Made by a program: the position numbers and the translations under genes. DNA of 64,000 nucleotides, from contig JAAXGZ010000003.1 in the NCBI GenBank assembly GCA_012271135.1, forward strand, positions 452 to 64,451, given 5' to 3'. The notes below the pieces were generated by a model. That model saw nothing but the letters and a program-made list of their open reading frames with translations. It ran no database searches and had not been told where the DNA came from. Shown here piece after piece: positions 46,794 through 57,164 of the stretch. Numbering within the stretch: the first letter of the stretch is position 1; each line of letters starts with the position of its first letter. The stretch comes from Caldilineales bacterium (GTDB lineage Bacteria; Chloroflexota; Anaerolineae; Caldilineales; Caldilineaceae).

Positions 46794-47555
46794 CTACGCC
46801 AGGATTTGGGAGAGGAACAGCTTTGTCCGGTCTTCCTTTGGATTGTCGAAAAACTCTTCCGTGGCACTTTCTTCGATGATTTGTCCGTGATCGAACATGA
46901 GCACCCGGTCGGCCACCTCTCGGGTGAATCCGATTTCATGGGAGACGACGACCATTGTCATTCCCGACTCGGCCAACTCACGCATCACATCTAGGACTTC
47001 CTTGATCATCTCCGGGTCCAGGGCCGAGGTCGGCTCGTCGAACAACATGATTTTGGGCTGCATGGCCAGAGCGCGGGCAATGGCGACCCGTTGCTGCTGG
47101 CCACCGGATAGCTGACCTGGATACTTGCTTGCCTGCTCGGCGATACCCACTCGTTCCAGGAGTTGTTCGGCAATTTCCTCTGCCTGACGAGCCGGCAGCT
47201 TGCGCACTTTCATGGGCGCGAGGGTGATGTTGTCCATAGCCGTTAGGTGGGGGAAGAGATTGAACGACTGGAAGACCATGCCTACGTCGCGTCGGATGGC
47301 GTCGATGTTGCGCACGTCGTTGGAAAGCTCGATGCCGTCGACGATTATGTCCCCGCGCTGGTGCTCCTCCAGCCGGTTGATGGTACGGATGAAGGTGGAC
47401 TTGCCCGACCCAGATGGCCCCACGACCACTACGACCTCGCGCTTGCGTACCGTGGTGGTCACCCCCCGCAAGGCGTGGAAGTTGCCGTACCATTTGTGTA
47501 CATCCCTGCACACGATCATGTCGGAAGTATCGATTGTTGATTCGCTCGCGGCCAT
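46794..47555 (-). CDS. polar amino-acid ABC transporter ATP-binding protein (AapP/GlnQ-like)
   Basis: Walker [10 protein letters not shown], signature [15 protein letters not shown], Walker [13 protein letters not shown]. Confidence 0.9.
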   Translation of the reverse strand: MAASESTIDTSDMIVCRDVHKWYGNFHALRGVTTTVRKREVVVVVGPSGSGKSTFIRTINRLEEHQRGDIIVDGIELSNDVRNIDAIRRDVGMVFQSFNLFPHLTAMDNITLAPMKVRKLPARQAEEIAEQLLERVGIAEQASKYPGQLSGGQQQRVAIARALAMQPKIMLFDEPTSALDPEMIKEVLDVMRELAESGMTMVVVSHEIGFTREVADRVLMFDHGQIIEESATEEFFDNPKEDRTKLFLSQILA

Positions 47556-47740
47556 GTTCCTAACGCTCCGACTGGTTCCAGACTTTTTTGAAGGCGTCTA
47601 CAAAATCGGTGTGGCGTTCACTCGTTTTTCCTGCTTTCACCCGCTCCATATCCCACTTCTGCCCGCCTTTCCCGCAAAAGCGGGAATCAAATACAGGCTG
47701 GGTGACGACATCGAAACCGAATACGTGGGGCCTACGCGCC

Positions 47741-48991
47741 CTATCTATGTCCGACTCGGAGATGTGCCTCGACTCTCCTGCTGACGTAGGACATGGTGTA
47801 GGTAAAAATCCAGAAGACCAAGGCTAGGAACAGGAACAGCTCCCTTGCGCTAGCCAAATACTTCGCGTTGCCTTGTATAAACGCCCGGCTAAACTCAACC
47901 ACGTCCAACATTCCAATAATGTATACCAGGAGGGTGTCCTTGAACAGGGAGATGAACTGCCCCACGATGGCGGGAATGACGTTGCGGATGGCCTGGGGCA
48001 GGGAGATAAGCAAGGTGGTCTGCCAGCCGGCCAGCCCCAATGCCCGCGCCGCCTCCACCTGGCCTGGGTGAAGCGCCTGCAAGCCTCCCCGGATATTCTC
48101 CGCCATGTACGCCGAGCTGAACAGGGTAAGTATCACCCCGGCCCGGAAAAGGGAATTGGTGGAGAAGTCCTGCGGGAAGGCCAATGGCACCAATACTTGG
48201 GACATGAACAGGAGCGTAATCAGCGGCATGCCCCGCATTACCTCGATGAACACCACGCACAGCAGCTTGACCAACGGCAGGCTACTGCGCCGCCCCAGGG
48301 CCAGGGCGATGCCGATGGGCAGACTGAGGGTGATGCCGGTCACCGCCAGCAGCAGGTTTAGCATCAGGCCGCCCCAGTATATGGTCGACACGGGTTGCAG
48401 ACCCGGAACCCCCGGCAGCCCCCCCACCAAGACCAGGATGACCAGGAAAAAGAGGACTCCAAGTATGACTATCCAGCGGACCGTGCCTAGGGGCGTGTAC
48501 CGGGCCAGCACCCACCCCGCCGCCACAGCGGGAAGGTTCGCCACCAGCAGTAGACGCACGTCCAGGCCCATCTGATCCATGCTATAGGGAAGAAAGGCGA
48601 AGGCGACCGTTATGGCCGCCACGCCAATGGCGATGCGTTTGGCAGCCTTGTCCCCGGACACGGCCCACGCCATGCCCAGCAGCACCGACACCAGCAGCAG
48701 GGAGGCCTGCGGCCTCCAGAAGCAGTTCTGACCGGGGCAGGCGAATTCTGTGTTGTACTGACCAATGATGAGCCGGCCGCCCAGGGTTGCGATGACCTTC
48801 CAGTCAGCTTCCAGGACTATCCAGCTCAGCCCAAACCACAAGGCCACGCCCAGTAAAGCGGCGTATATGAAGGTCAGGACGGTGTTGTACCAGGTGCTGA
48901 ACAGGTTGGCATAGGCCCAGCCCACGCCGCCGCGTTCCGTGATGGGAGGAGGGAGTACCACGCCTGGCGGCGTGTCCGTCGCAGATGCCAT
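47741..48991 (-). CDS. amino-acid ABC transporter permease (AapM-like, long form)
   Basis: 416 aa, multi-TM. Contains the HisM/GlnP-type EAA region YMAENIRGGLQALHPGQVEAARALGL. Confidence 0.85.
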   Translation of the reverse strand: MASATDTPPGVVLPPPITERGGVGWAYANLFSTWYNTVLTFIYAALLGVALWFGLSWIVLEADWKVIATLGGRLIIGQYNTEFACPGQNCFWRPQASLLLVSVLLGMAWAVSGDKAAKRIAIGVAAITVAFAFLPYSMDQMGLDVRLLLVANLPAVAAGWVLARYTPLGTVRWIVILGVLFFLVILVLVGGLPGVPGLQPVSTIYWGGLMLNLLLAVTGITLSLPIGIALALGRRSSLPLVKLLCVVFIEVMRGMPLITLLFMSQVLVPLAFPQDFSTNSLFRAGVILTLFSSAYMAENIRGGLQALHPGQVEAARALGLAGWQTTLLISLPQAIRNVIPAIVGQFISLFKDTLLVYIIGMLDVVEFSRAFIQGNAKYLASARELFLFLALVFWIFTYTMSYVSRRVEAHLRVGHR

Positions 48992-48995
48992 TCGC

Positions 48996-50210
48996 CTAAT
49001 TTCCTACCAACCGAATGCTCCGGTTATAAATGTTGCCGATCAAGGAATAGGTCAGGCTCATGGCCAGGTAAGCCGCCGCCAGCAGGACGTAGATGGACAC
49101 TGCCGGAGCCGTCTGCGTCATGGTCTTGGCGACGTTGGCCAGATCCGAGTAGCCTATGGCTCCGGCCAGGCTGCTGTTCTTGGTCAGGTTAAGGCATTGG
49201 CTGATCAGCGGGGGGATGATAACCCTCAGGGCCTGGGGGAAGGTAACATGGCGCAGTGCCGCCATGGGCGCAAGTCCCAGCGACCGGGCTGCTTCCGTCT
49301 GACCCCGGCCTACCGATTGGATGCCGGCCCGGACAATCTCCGCAATGAACGAGGATGTGTAAATCACCAGCCCGGCCAAGAGCGCCATCAGGCCGCCGGA
49401 GATTGTGAAGCCCCCGGCGATGCGTCCGAAAGTCCCCTGTGGGGCCGGATCCGAGATGGCAAAGGGAGCGTCTCCAAACGCCGCGCTGACGAACAGCCAC
49501 CCGGCAACCGCGATTGCAACGGCTATGACACTGCCTGTAACCAGGGGATAGGACGCCCTTCCAGTGAGGGTCTCGCGCCGGGTCAATGCATGGTACAGCA
49601 CCATAGCGGCAATGATCGAGGCCAGGGCAACAGCCAGCCATACCCAGGCAGCGTCCCAATTGGACGGCGATGGCCACGGCAACGACAACCCCGCATTGTT
49701 GATGTATATCCTATCCGCGATGACGTATCCTTGGCGGACCGGAGGCAACGCCAGTACCACGTAGAACCAGAAGAACAGTTGCACCAAAAGGGGAATGTTG
49801 CGGAAGATCTCGATGTAGATCAGAGAGGTCCTGGACACCAGCCAGTTTCCCGAAATGCGGGCCACGCCCACCACGATCCCCAAGGCCGTGGCCAGGATGA
49901 CTCCCACAACAGAGACGATGATGGTGTTGGTAGCGGCAACTCCAAAAGCGTAGAGGAAGGAGTCTGAGGATTCGTAGGGGAGAAAGTGCTGCCCGATGGG
50001 GGTCTGATACTCGCGGGAAAGGAAGCTGAACCCGTGGGGAATCTCCCGGTCTTGGATGGTGTTGGTGATGTTGGTGAAGAAAGTGGTGACCAAGACCACC
50101 ACTATGACGCCCGATATTATCTGCAACGCCCACTGTATGACAAGGGCGTGCCGCCAGAGTGGCACGCCCTTGTAGTAAGTAAGTCCTCGCAGCGCCTCGA
50201 TCATGATCAT
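48996..50210 (-). CDS. amino-acid ABC transporter permease (AapQ-like, long form)
   Basis: 404 aa. Contains FIAEIVRAGIQSVGRGQTEAARSLGL. It is separated by 4 nt from the next permease gene. Confidence 0.85.
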   Translation of the reverse strand: MIMIEALRGLTYYKGVPLWRHALVIQWALQIISGVIVVVLVTTFFTNITNTIQDREIPHGFSFLSREYQTPIGQHFLPYESSDSFLYAFGVAATNTIIVSVVGVILATALGIVVGVARISGNWLVSRTSLIYIEIFRNIPLLVQLFFWFYVVLALPPVRQGYVIADRIYINNAGLSLPWPSPSNWDAAWVWLAVALASIIAAMVLYHALTRRETLTGRASYPLVTGSVIAVAIAVAGWLFVSAAFGDAPFAISDPAPQGTFGRIAGGFTISGGLMALLAGLVIYTSSFIAEIVRAGIQSVGRGQTEAARSLGLAPMAALRHVTFPQALRVIIPPLISQCLNLTKNSSLAGAIGYSDLANVAKTMTQTAPAVSIYVLLAAAYLAMSLTYSLIGNIYNRSIRLVGN

Positions 50211-50243
50211 GGCGCAGAGGGTTACCGCAGAGGAGCGAGAGGG

Positions 50244-51404
50244 TTACCGCAGAGGAGCGGAGTAAATCTGGCCGCCCTTGGGACAGTCCGAACAAGCAGC
50301 GTCGGCCCACAGGGCATTCCGGCCGCCTTCACGAGGGAGATTGATGCCACCCGGGCCAAGGTTGCGGTCGTAGATTTCACCGTAGTTGCCCACGCTCCCG
50401 ATCACGTCCTGGGCCACGGTCTGGCTGAGTCCCAGGGTTTCCTGGCCGAAGGAGCCTTCCAGTCCGAAGAGACGGTCAACCTTGGTGTCTCCGGTACTCT
50501 CGGTCGGTACCGCATCGGAAGTCACGCTGTACGCCTCGGAGTAGATCAGGATGGCCATGACGGTCTTCACGATGTCGAACCACTGCTCGTCACCGTGAGG
50601 GACCACCGGGCCGAGCGGCTCTTCCGAGATGGTTTCGGGAAGGATTACGTGTGCATCCCGGTCCTCGAAGGCACTGCTAATAGCGGCCAACTGGGAGCGG
50701 TCGTTGGTGAAGGCGTCGCACTGCTGGCTCTGATATGCGGCCACCACCGCGTCGGTGTCCTCGAAGGTGAGGGCATTGATGTTCAGGTCGTTCTGGTTTG
50801 AGAAGTCCTGCAGGTTCAACTCGGTGGTCGTTCCCTGGGTCACGCAGACGGTGGCGTCCTTAAGCTCCAGGGAACTGGAGATGCCCAGGTCCTTCTGCAC
50901 CATGAATCCCTGGCCGTCGTAGAACATGGTCTGGGTGTAGTTGCCCCACTGGGCGTCTCGGGACGTGGTCCAAGTGACGGTGCGAACCAACAGGTCCACT
51001 TCGCCGGACTGGATGGTGGGTCCGCGTTCGGCAGCGGTGATCAGTCGAATCTCAAAGGCATTTGCATCGCCCAGGACGGCGGCGGCAACCGCGCGGCAAA
51101 GGTCGATATCGAAACCGACGTTATTGCCGGCATCGTCCAGGAAGCCGTAGCCCGGCACGTCGTTGCGGCTGGCACAGATAAGCTTGCCTCGGTCCTGGAC
51201 TGTTTGGAGACGGGAACCGGCCATCTCGGCCGGCATATCGCCCGTCGCCTCAAGGTCCATCACCATAGCTTCCAGCTCGGCGATTTTCGCGTCACGTTCG
51301 CTTATCTCGTTTTCCAGGGCTGATGTGTCGACAGTCTCACAACCGATGACAACCAAGGAGATTGCCATCAAGAGTCCTGCCAGAATTAGCCACTTTCGGA
51401 ACAT
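50244..51404 (-). CDS. amino-acid ABC substrate-binding protein (AapJ-like) with N-terminal coiled-coil insert
   Basis: Signal/lipobox MFRKWLILAGLLMAISLVVIGC. An ENEISERDAKIAELEAMVMDLEA segment follows, then an SBP_bac_3-like body (GFDIDLCRAVAAAV). Confidence 0.85.
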   Translation of the reverse strand: MFRKWLILAGLLMAISLVVIGCETVDTSALENEISERDAKIAELEAMVMDLEATGDMPAEMAGSRLQTVQDRGKLICASRNDVPGYGFLDDAGNNVGFDIDLCRAVAAAVLGDANAFEIRLITAAERGPTIQSGEVDLLVRTVTWTTSRDAQWGNYTQTMFYDGQGFMVQKDLGISSSLELKDATVCVTQGTTTELNLQDFSNQNDLNINALTFEDTDAVVAAYQSQQCDAFTNDRSQLAAISSAFEDRDAHVILPETISEEPLGPVVPHGDEQWFDIVKTVMAILIYSEAYSVTSDAVPTESTGDTKVDRLFGLEGSFGQETLGLSQTVAQDVIGSVGNYGEIYDRNLGPGGINLPREGGRNALWADAACSDCPKGGQIYSAPLR

Positions 51405-51454
51405 GGTAAACGTACCTCCTGAAGTAATGATTTGTCACTATACAACAGTGTAGG

Positions 51455-52604
51455 CCAGGGCGATTGCATCCAGATGGGAGGGGGCGACGGACCGGATGGA
51501 CATCGGCCTACAATGGGCGGTTCCGGATTGAGCCTGCGGAGAACCCCTCATGGACGGCCCGATGCCCTCGTCTCTGGTCGAGACTCTGGACACCCTGGAG
51601 GATCCGCGGGTGGATCGGACCAAACTGCACCCCCTGACGGACATCCTGGTGCTGGCCGTGCTGGCCGTCATCTGTGGCGCCGACAGTTTCGTGGCCATCG
51701 CGCTCTTCGGCCAGCTCAACGAGGCCTGGCTGCGCTCTTTCCTGGCGCTGCCGCACGGGATCCCCTCGCACGATACGCTGGGACGGGTCTTCGCGCGGCT
51801 GGATGCAGCCCGCTTCGAGGAGGGCTTTCGGGACTGGGTACAGGCGGCCTTGGCCCTGACCGACGGCCAGGTCGTGCCGATTGACGGCCAGCGCGTGCGC
51901 GGCTCCCACGACCGGGGTCGGGGCCTGGGGCCTCTGCACCTGGTGAGCGCCTGGGCGCAGGCCAATCGCCTGGTGCTGGCCCAGACGGCGGTGGCCGACC
52001 AGTCCAACGAGATTACGGCCATCCCGGAGCGGCTGCGCATACTGTGCCTGAAGGGCTGCATTGTGACCCTTGACGCCATGGGTTGTCAGAAGGCGATTGC
52101 GCGCCAAATCCGGGCGCAGGAGGCCGACTACGTGCTGCGCGTGCGGGCCAACCACCAGGGCCTCCACGACCGCCTGGAGGACCCGTTCCGTCTGGAACGG
52201 GCCGCGGATTTCGCCGGCTGTCCCCACGACGATGCGGACACGGTCGGGAAGAACCACGGCCGGATTGAGATCCGCCGCTGCTGGACGACGGGCGACCCCG
52301 ATTACCTCCACCATGTCGATCCCGACCGGGAGTGGTGCGACCTGACCAGCCTGGTCTGGGTCGAGGCCGCCATGCGTAAACTGCTCACCGTCCTCAACGC
52401 CGTGATGCGGGACCAGGTTCCTTGGACAACGGCACCCTTGTCAACGACGATCCATACTTGACACGGAACACAGTTGCTGCTGCGGCAGGACCGATCCCTC
52501 AAGGTGGGCATCGCCAACAAGCGGCTGGCGGCCGCCTGGAACAAGGACTACCTGTGCCAGCTCATCGGCCTCAAGCCCAAACCCATTTAGATGTAATCGC
52601 CCTG
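51455..52604 (+). mobile_element. ISAs1-family element with readable ends and 9-bp target-site duplication; internally rearranged
   Basis: The terminal inverted repeats are cagggcgattgcatc (51456..51470) and gatgtaatcgccctg (52590..52604), matching at 14 of 15 positions. The flanking direct repeat is cagtgtagg (51446..51454 and 52605..52613). Confidence 0.8.
51550..52590 (+). pseudogene. ISAs1 transposase gene with internal replacement and frameshift
   Basis: The ISAs1 signature runs to ...LTSLVWVEA: DPRVDRTKLHPLTDILVLAVLAVICGADSF, LHLVSAWAQANRLVLAQTAVADQSNEITAIPERL, VTLDAMGCQKAIARQIRAQEADYVLRVRANH. About 57 nt then encode AMRKLLTVLNAVMRDQVPW, an IS110-family C-terminal-like motif. The ISAs1 tail LLRQDRSLKVGIANKRLAAAWNKDYLCQLIG follows in another frame. 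Confidence 0.7.
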
Positions 52605-53450
52605 CAGTGTAGGATTGTTGCAATGAGCGCGGGAATGGTTCCGGGAACGCGCAAGGGGTGGGCGACGCGGCATCGCCTTGGTTGGGCGACAGCCGTCAGG
52701 CGCATACGGAGCTGATGGCCTGGAGGCAAGGAAGTTGCGCGTCGGCCTCCGTCTGGAAGCCCTGTGCACCGCGCACGCGGGGATTCGGCCGCCAAAGCGT
52801 CTTTCCAGGTCTTTGGCGCTGGTCGACACTCCTTGAGCGTGCCCGTGGATCCGCCATCCGGTTCCACCGGTCCGGGCAGTGCTGCACCGGCTACTGCCAT
52901 TCCTCGGGTGCCGACGCGGCCGGGTTCATGGCCTCCGCCAACCAAGTGGGCAGGAGCCCCGCCCCTTTGGCGGGGAGTTCCCACAGTTCCCAGCGCACCG
53001 GCTCGAAACCGCCGCATGTCTCTCGGGCCGTTGCCACCGAAACAGGGCCAGGCCCCGCCGCAGACGGTCCCGGACCTAGGGCAGATGCCACTGGACTCGC
53101 GGCACAGCGGATACAAGGCAGGGGGCATTGACTGTTCGCTGAAACTTGATGGTTTCTGAGAGGATGCGGTGTGACGGAACCGGATCCCTGGCGTCCGCGG
53201 CTGGCAATGCGGATATGGAAGATGTTGTGGCTGTGGCCGCCAACATCTGTACACAGGCCCGGCCCTGTGCATTGGCCAATTCCAAACTTATCGGCTTCGG
53301 ACGGAAGATTGGGAAGCTTTCCGGATCCAGAAATCGACCATCGAGCCCGCGTTTCACCAAGGTTCCGGGATATACTGCTGTTGCGCCGCGTTCGAACCGG
53401 CCCGGCGGCCGAATCGCAGCCGATATTCCCGCCGAAGTTCCAGTCCCTGC

Positions 53451-53999
53451 ATGTCCCCCGAATTCATCAATACGCTGGGTGTCTGGCTCGAAGTGGCTGT
53501 CACCGTCATGGGTGCGATGCTGTTCGCGCTGTGGGCGGGGACCGTTGTCTGGACCATTAACGACATCCGGGCCAGGTCCTGGGACGTACTGGCCATGATC
53601 CTGGCAGCTGTCCTGGTAATTCTGGTTCCATTTGCTGGCCTGGTGGTCTACATCCTGGTCAGGCCGCGCGAAACCTTGGCGGATACCTACAACCGGGCCC
53701 TCGAGGAGGAGGCGCTGTTGCGCGAGGCGAACGTGTCGTTCTTCTGTACCGGCTGCAGTCGTCCGGTGCGCGACACATGGGTGTTTTGCCCCCATTGTCA
53801 GGTTCAGTTGTTGCAGGCGTGCCCGGCCTGCGGCCATGCGGTCCGTCCCGAGTGGACGGTCTGTGCCCAGTGCGGAACCGCGCGCGGTGTCCAGCCCGCA
53901 CAGCAGTATCCGCAGGCAGAGGCCGGGGTGGAACCTTGGAACCAAGCCTCCGCCCCCGATGCCCGGACCGCGTCTGCCGAGCAGGTCCCCGGGCGCTGA
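53451..53999 (+). CDS. membrane protein with a PLD-nuclease-N-like (PLDc_N) TM domain and a double zinc ribbon
   Basis: The TM part WTINDIRARSWDVLAMILAAVLVILVPFAGLVVYILVRPRE is followed by FCTGCSRPV...FCPHCQ...CPACGH...CAQCG (four CxxC pairs). Confidence 0.6.
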   Translation: MSPEFINTLGVWLEVAVTVMGAMLFALWAGTVVWTINDIRARSWDVLAMILAAVLVILVPFAGLVVYILVRPRETLADTYNRALEEEALLREANVSFFCTGCSRPVRDTWVFCPHCQVQLLQACPACGHAVRPEWTVCAQCGTARGVQPAQQYPQAEAGVEPWNQASAPDARTASAEQVPGR

Positions 54000-54276
54000 T
54001 TTCTCAGGTCCCCGGGCGGGATCACCGACCGCGGCGACCGTTCACAACATCGCGGCGCAAGCTGAACTGCCTTGTGCCGATCTGCCATATCCATGACGTT
54101 GATGCACCATTGAAAGGCTGCTGGATGCACACTGGCTGGACAGAATGCACGTCCGCGGAGCCTTGGTTTTGTAACATATGCCCAAACCCAATTCGTTCCG
54201 GCGGCTGTAGGATTGTGCAATTGCAACCGCGACGGGCGGAGCCTTGCCCGCGTACCAAACCAGGAGTACTACTGAC

Positions 54277-55698
54277 ATGGCCCTAGATTGCAAGACCGGC
54301 GCAGACGTCATCGAGGCCATCAAGGCCAACGGCGTCAACATTGTGGATGTCCGGTTTACCGACCTGTTCGGCCAGTGGCACCACTTCTCATTGCCGGCGG
54401 AGACCTTTGATGCGGAAGAGGCATTCGAAGAGGGTCTCGGATTCGACGGCTCTTCCATCCGCGGTTTCCAGAGCATCGATGTCAGCGACATGATTCTGAA
54501 GGGCGATCCGACGACCGCCCACCTGGATCCGATTGCCGACGACCGGTTCCCGACGCTGGCCTTCATCGCCAATGTCTACGACCCTATCACCCATGAGCCC
54601 TACGGCAAGGGCCCCCGCAACGTGGCGCAGAAGGCCGAAGCCTATCTGAAGTCCACCGGTATCGGCGATACTGCCTATATCGGCGCGGAGGCGGAGTTCT
54701 TCATCTTCGACAGCATCGCCTACGCCACGGGCCGCAACTACCAGGGCTACGAGATCAACAGTTCGGAAGGCCCTTGGACCGGCGGCGAGGTCAGTGGGGG
54801 CCACAAGGTCGGCTGGAAGGGTGGCTACTTCCCCGTGCCCCCGACGGACTCGATGCAGGATGTCCGGTCCCACATGGTGCGGACCATGGTCGCCTCCGGG
54901 CTGGAGGTCGAGGTGCATCACCACGAGGTGGGCACGGCCGGTCAGGCCGAGATCGATCTGCGGTTCGACACGCTGCTGCGCTCGGCCGACAACATGCAGC
55001 TGTACAAGTACATCGTCAAGAACATCGCCAAGGCCAACGGCAAGACCGCGACCTTCATGCCCAAGCCCCTCTTCGAGGACAACGGTTCCGGCATGCACAC
55101 CCACCTGAGCATCTGGAAGGACGGCGACAACACCTTCGCCGGCGACGGCTACGCCGGGCTGAGCGAAACGGGCCTGCACTACATCGGCGGCGTGCTCAAG
55201 CACATCAACGCCCTGCTGGCCTTCGTGGCGCCCCTGACCAATTCGTACCGGCGCCTGGTCCCCGGCTACGAGGCTCCGGTGGTGGTGGCCTACTCCGCCC
55301 GCAACCGTTCTGCCGCCTGCCGCATTCCGATGTACTCCGGATCGCCCAAGGCCAAGCGTGTGGAATTCCGCTGTCCGGATCCCGGTGCCAACCCCTATCT
55401 GGCCTTTGCGGCCCTGCTGATGGCGGGCCTGGACGGCATTCAGAACAAGATTGATCCGGGCGAGCCGGGCGACATGGACCTGTACGAAGAGGACGCCATG
55501 TCCCAGGTGGATTTGGTCAAGGGTTCGCTGGGCGAGGTCCTGGACGAACTGGAGAACGACCATGAGTTCCTCCTGCAGGGCGGCGTCTTCACACCGGAGC
55601 TCATCGAGTCGTACGTGGAATACAAGCGCTATGAGGAAGTGGATGCCGTTCGCCTGCGCCCGCATCCCGAAGAGTTTGTGATGTACTACGGGATTTAG
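54277..55698 (+). CDS. glnA: glutamine synthetase type I
   Basis: ATG at 54277 preceded by aggag. Contains VDVRFTDLFGQWHHFS, FPVPPTDS, HHHEVGTAGQAEIDL, NGSGMHTHLSIW, SYRRLVPGYEAP, RIPMYSGSPKAKRVEFRCPD. 473 aa. Confidence 0.93.
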   Translation: MALDCKTGADVIEAIKANGVNIVDVRFTDLFGQWHHFSLPAETFDAEEAFEEGLGFDGSSIRGFQSIDVSDMILKGDPTTAHLDPIADDRFPTLAFIANVYDPITHEPYGKGPRNVAQKAEAYLKSTGIGDTAYIGAEAEFFIFDSIAYATGRNYQGYEINSSEGPWTGGEVSGGHKVGWKGGYFPVPPTDSMQDVRSHMVRTMVASGLEVEVHHHEVGTAGQAEIDLRFDTLLRSADNMQLYKYIVKNIAKANGKTATFMPKPLFEDNGSGMHTHLSIWKDGDNTFAGDGYAGLSETGLHYIGGVLKHINALLAFVAPLTNSYRRLVPGYEAPVVVAYSARNRSAACRIPMYSGSPKAKRVEFRCPDPGANPYLAFAALLMAGLDGIQNKIDPGEPGDMDLYEEDAMSQVDLVKGSLGEVLDELENDHEFLLQGGVFTPELIESYVEYKRYEEVDAVRLRPHPEEFVMYYGI

Positions 55699-55723
55699 CC
55701 CGTTCCGCCATTCAGATATGCCG

Positions 55724-55751
55724 GGAGCCCGGTCCGATCGGACCGGGCTCC
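55724..55751 (+). terminator. 13-bp-stem hairpin between the two glutamine synthetase genes
   Basis: ggagcccggtccg-at-cggaccgggctcc, followed by tgcatgatttaat. Confidence 0.6.
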
Positions 55752-55801
55752 TGCATGATTTAATAGGGTCGCGCACCACTTTTCGTTTCGAACACAAGAC
55801 C

Positions 55802-57148
55802 ATGGCCAAGGCGATCACTGCACCTACCAACAAGAAGTTGGGACAGCTCCTTCGGTCCGAAGGGGTTGACTTCGTCTGGCTCCAGTTCAGCGACATCGAA
55901 GGTCAGATCAAGCAGATTACGATCCCCGCGCGGCAGTGGACGGAGGTGGTGGATCACGGCCAGTGGTTCGACGGCAGTTCCATCCAGGGGTTTGCGCGTA
56001 CGGTCGAGAACGACATGTACCTGATGCCCGATCCCTCCACCTTCGCGCTGATTCCGTGGGAGTCGGGAACGCGTACGGCCCGGGTCATCTGTGACGTGCT
56101 CCTGCCCAACGGGGATCCCTTCCCCGGCGATCCCCGCTATGTCCTGAAGCGGCAGTTGGAACGGGCCCGCGGGATGGGCTACGAGTACAACATCGCACCC
56201 GAACTGGAGTTTTTCCTGTTTCGACGGCACGAGGACGGGGAAGTCCTGCCCCTGCAGCCACTGGACCAGGCCGGCTACTTCGACATCTCCATCGACATCA
56301 GCCGCAGCATTCGGCGCAAGATTGTCGAGTCGCTGGCTGAGATGGATGTGGTCATCAACGCCTTTCACCATGAAGTGGCGGAAGGCCAGAACGAACTGGA
56401 CATGCGCTACGGTCCGGGCTTGCAGTTGGCCGACAGTACGGTGACGGCCCGCATCGCGGCCAAGGCGGTGGCCCACCAGCATGGACTCTTCTGTTCTTTT
56501 CTGCCCAAGCCGATGACTGGAAAGTCCGGGTCGGGCATGCACGTGCACCAGAGCCTGCTGGATCCGGTGACCGGCAGGAACCTGATGTACGACGACGGGC
56601 ACCCGTACCGGCTGAGCCAGACGGCCCTGCATTTCATCGCTGGCCAACTGGAACATGCCAAGGCCATGGCCTGCGTGGTGGCTCCGCTGGTCAACAGCTA
56701 CAAGCGCCTGGTGTCTGGCTTCGAGGCTCCGGTCAAGATCTGCTGGGGTCGCACCAACCGGGGTGCCCTGATCCGGGTGCCTCGCACCACGCGCGACCGG
56801 AGCATCAGCACCCGCTGTGAACTGCGCAGTCCCGATCCAAGTGCCAACCCCTACCTTGCCTTCGCCGTCATGCTGGCGGCGGGCCTGGACGGAATCGAGA
56901 AGGAGATGCAGCCGCCCAATCCTCTGGAAGAGGATCTGTTCCAGGTAACGGACCGCCGCCACGGATACGAATCCCTACCGGACAGCCTGGGTGCCGCGAT
57001 CGAATTTCTCCGGGACAATCATGTTCTGGCAGACGCGCTGGGACCCCACCTGCACGACACCTATGTGGAAGCCAAGACCCAGGAGTGGATTGAGTTCCGC
57101 ACACACGTCAGTACCTGGGAACTGAATCAATACCTGGCCACCTACTAG
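55802..57148 (+). CDS. glutamine synthetase family protein (second, shorter GSI-type paralog)
   Basis: ATG at 55802. Contains [79 protein letters not shown]. 448 aa. Confidence 0.9.
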   Translation: MAKAITAPTNKKLGQLLRSEGVDFVWLQFSDIEGQIKQITIPARQWTEVVDHGQWFDGSSIQGFARTVENDMYLMPDPSTFALIPWESGTRTARVICDVLLPNGDPFPGDPRYVLKRQLERARGMGYEYNIAPELEFFLFRRHEDGEVLPLQPLDQAGYFDISIDISRSIRRKIVESLAEMDVVINAFHHEVAEGQNELDMRYGPGLQLADSTVTARIAAKAVAHQHGLFCSFLPKPMTGKSGSGMHVHQSLLDPVTGRNLMYDDGHPYRLSQTALHFIAGQLEHAKAMACVVAPLVNSYKRLVSGFEAPVKICWGRTNRGALIRVPRTTRDRSISTRCELRSPDPSANPYLAFAVMLAAGLDGIEKEMQPPNPLEEDLFQVTDRRHGYESLPDSLGAAIEFLRDNHVLADALGPHLHDTYVEAKTQEWIEFRTHVSTWELNQYLATY

Positions 57149-57164
57149 CCCGCACTTCCGGCCC

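Noticed and set aside
52571-53272. 233-aa minus-strand ORF next to the ISAs1 element.
   Set aside because: The translation is low-complexity with no start context or motifs. See the finding on the unassigned 850-bp region.
54000-54276. Glutamine riboswitch or another leader RNA upstream of glnA.
   Set aside because: I could not find the conserved glnA-RNA core (CGUUCA...GGAAGUAGG...AAGGAACGC). Only a short generic hairpin (gttca...tgaac) is present.
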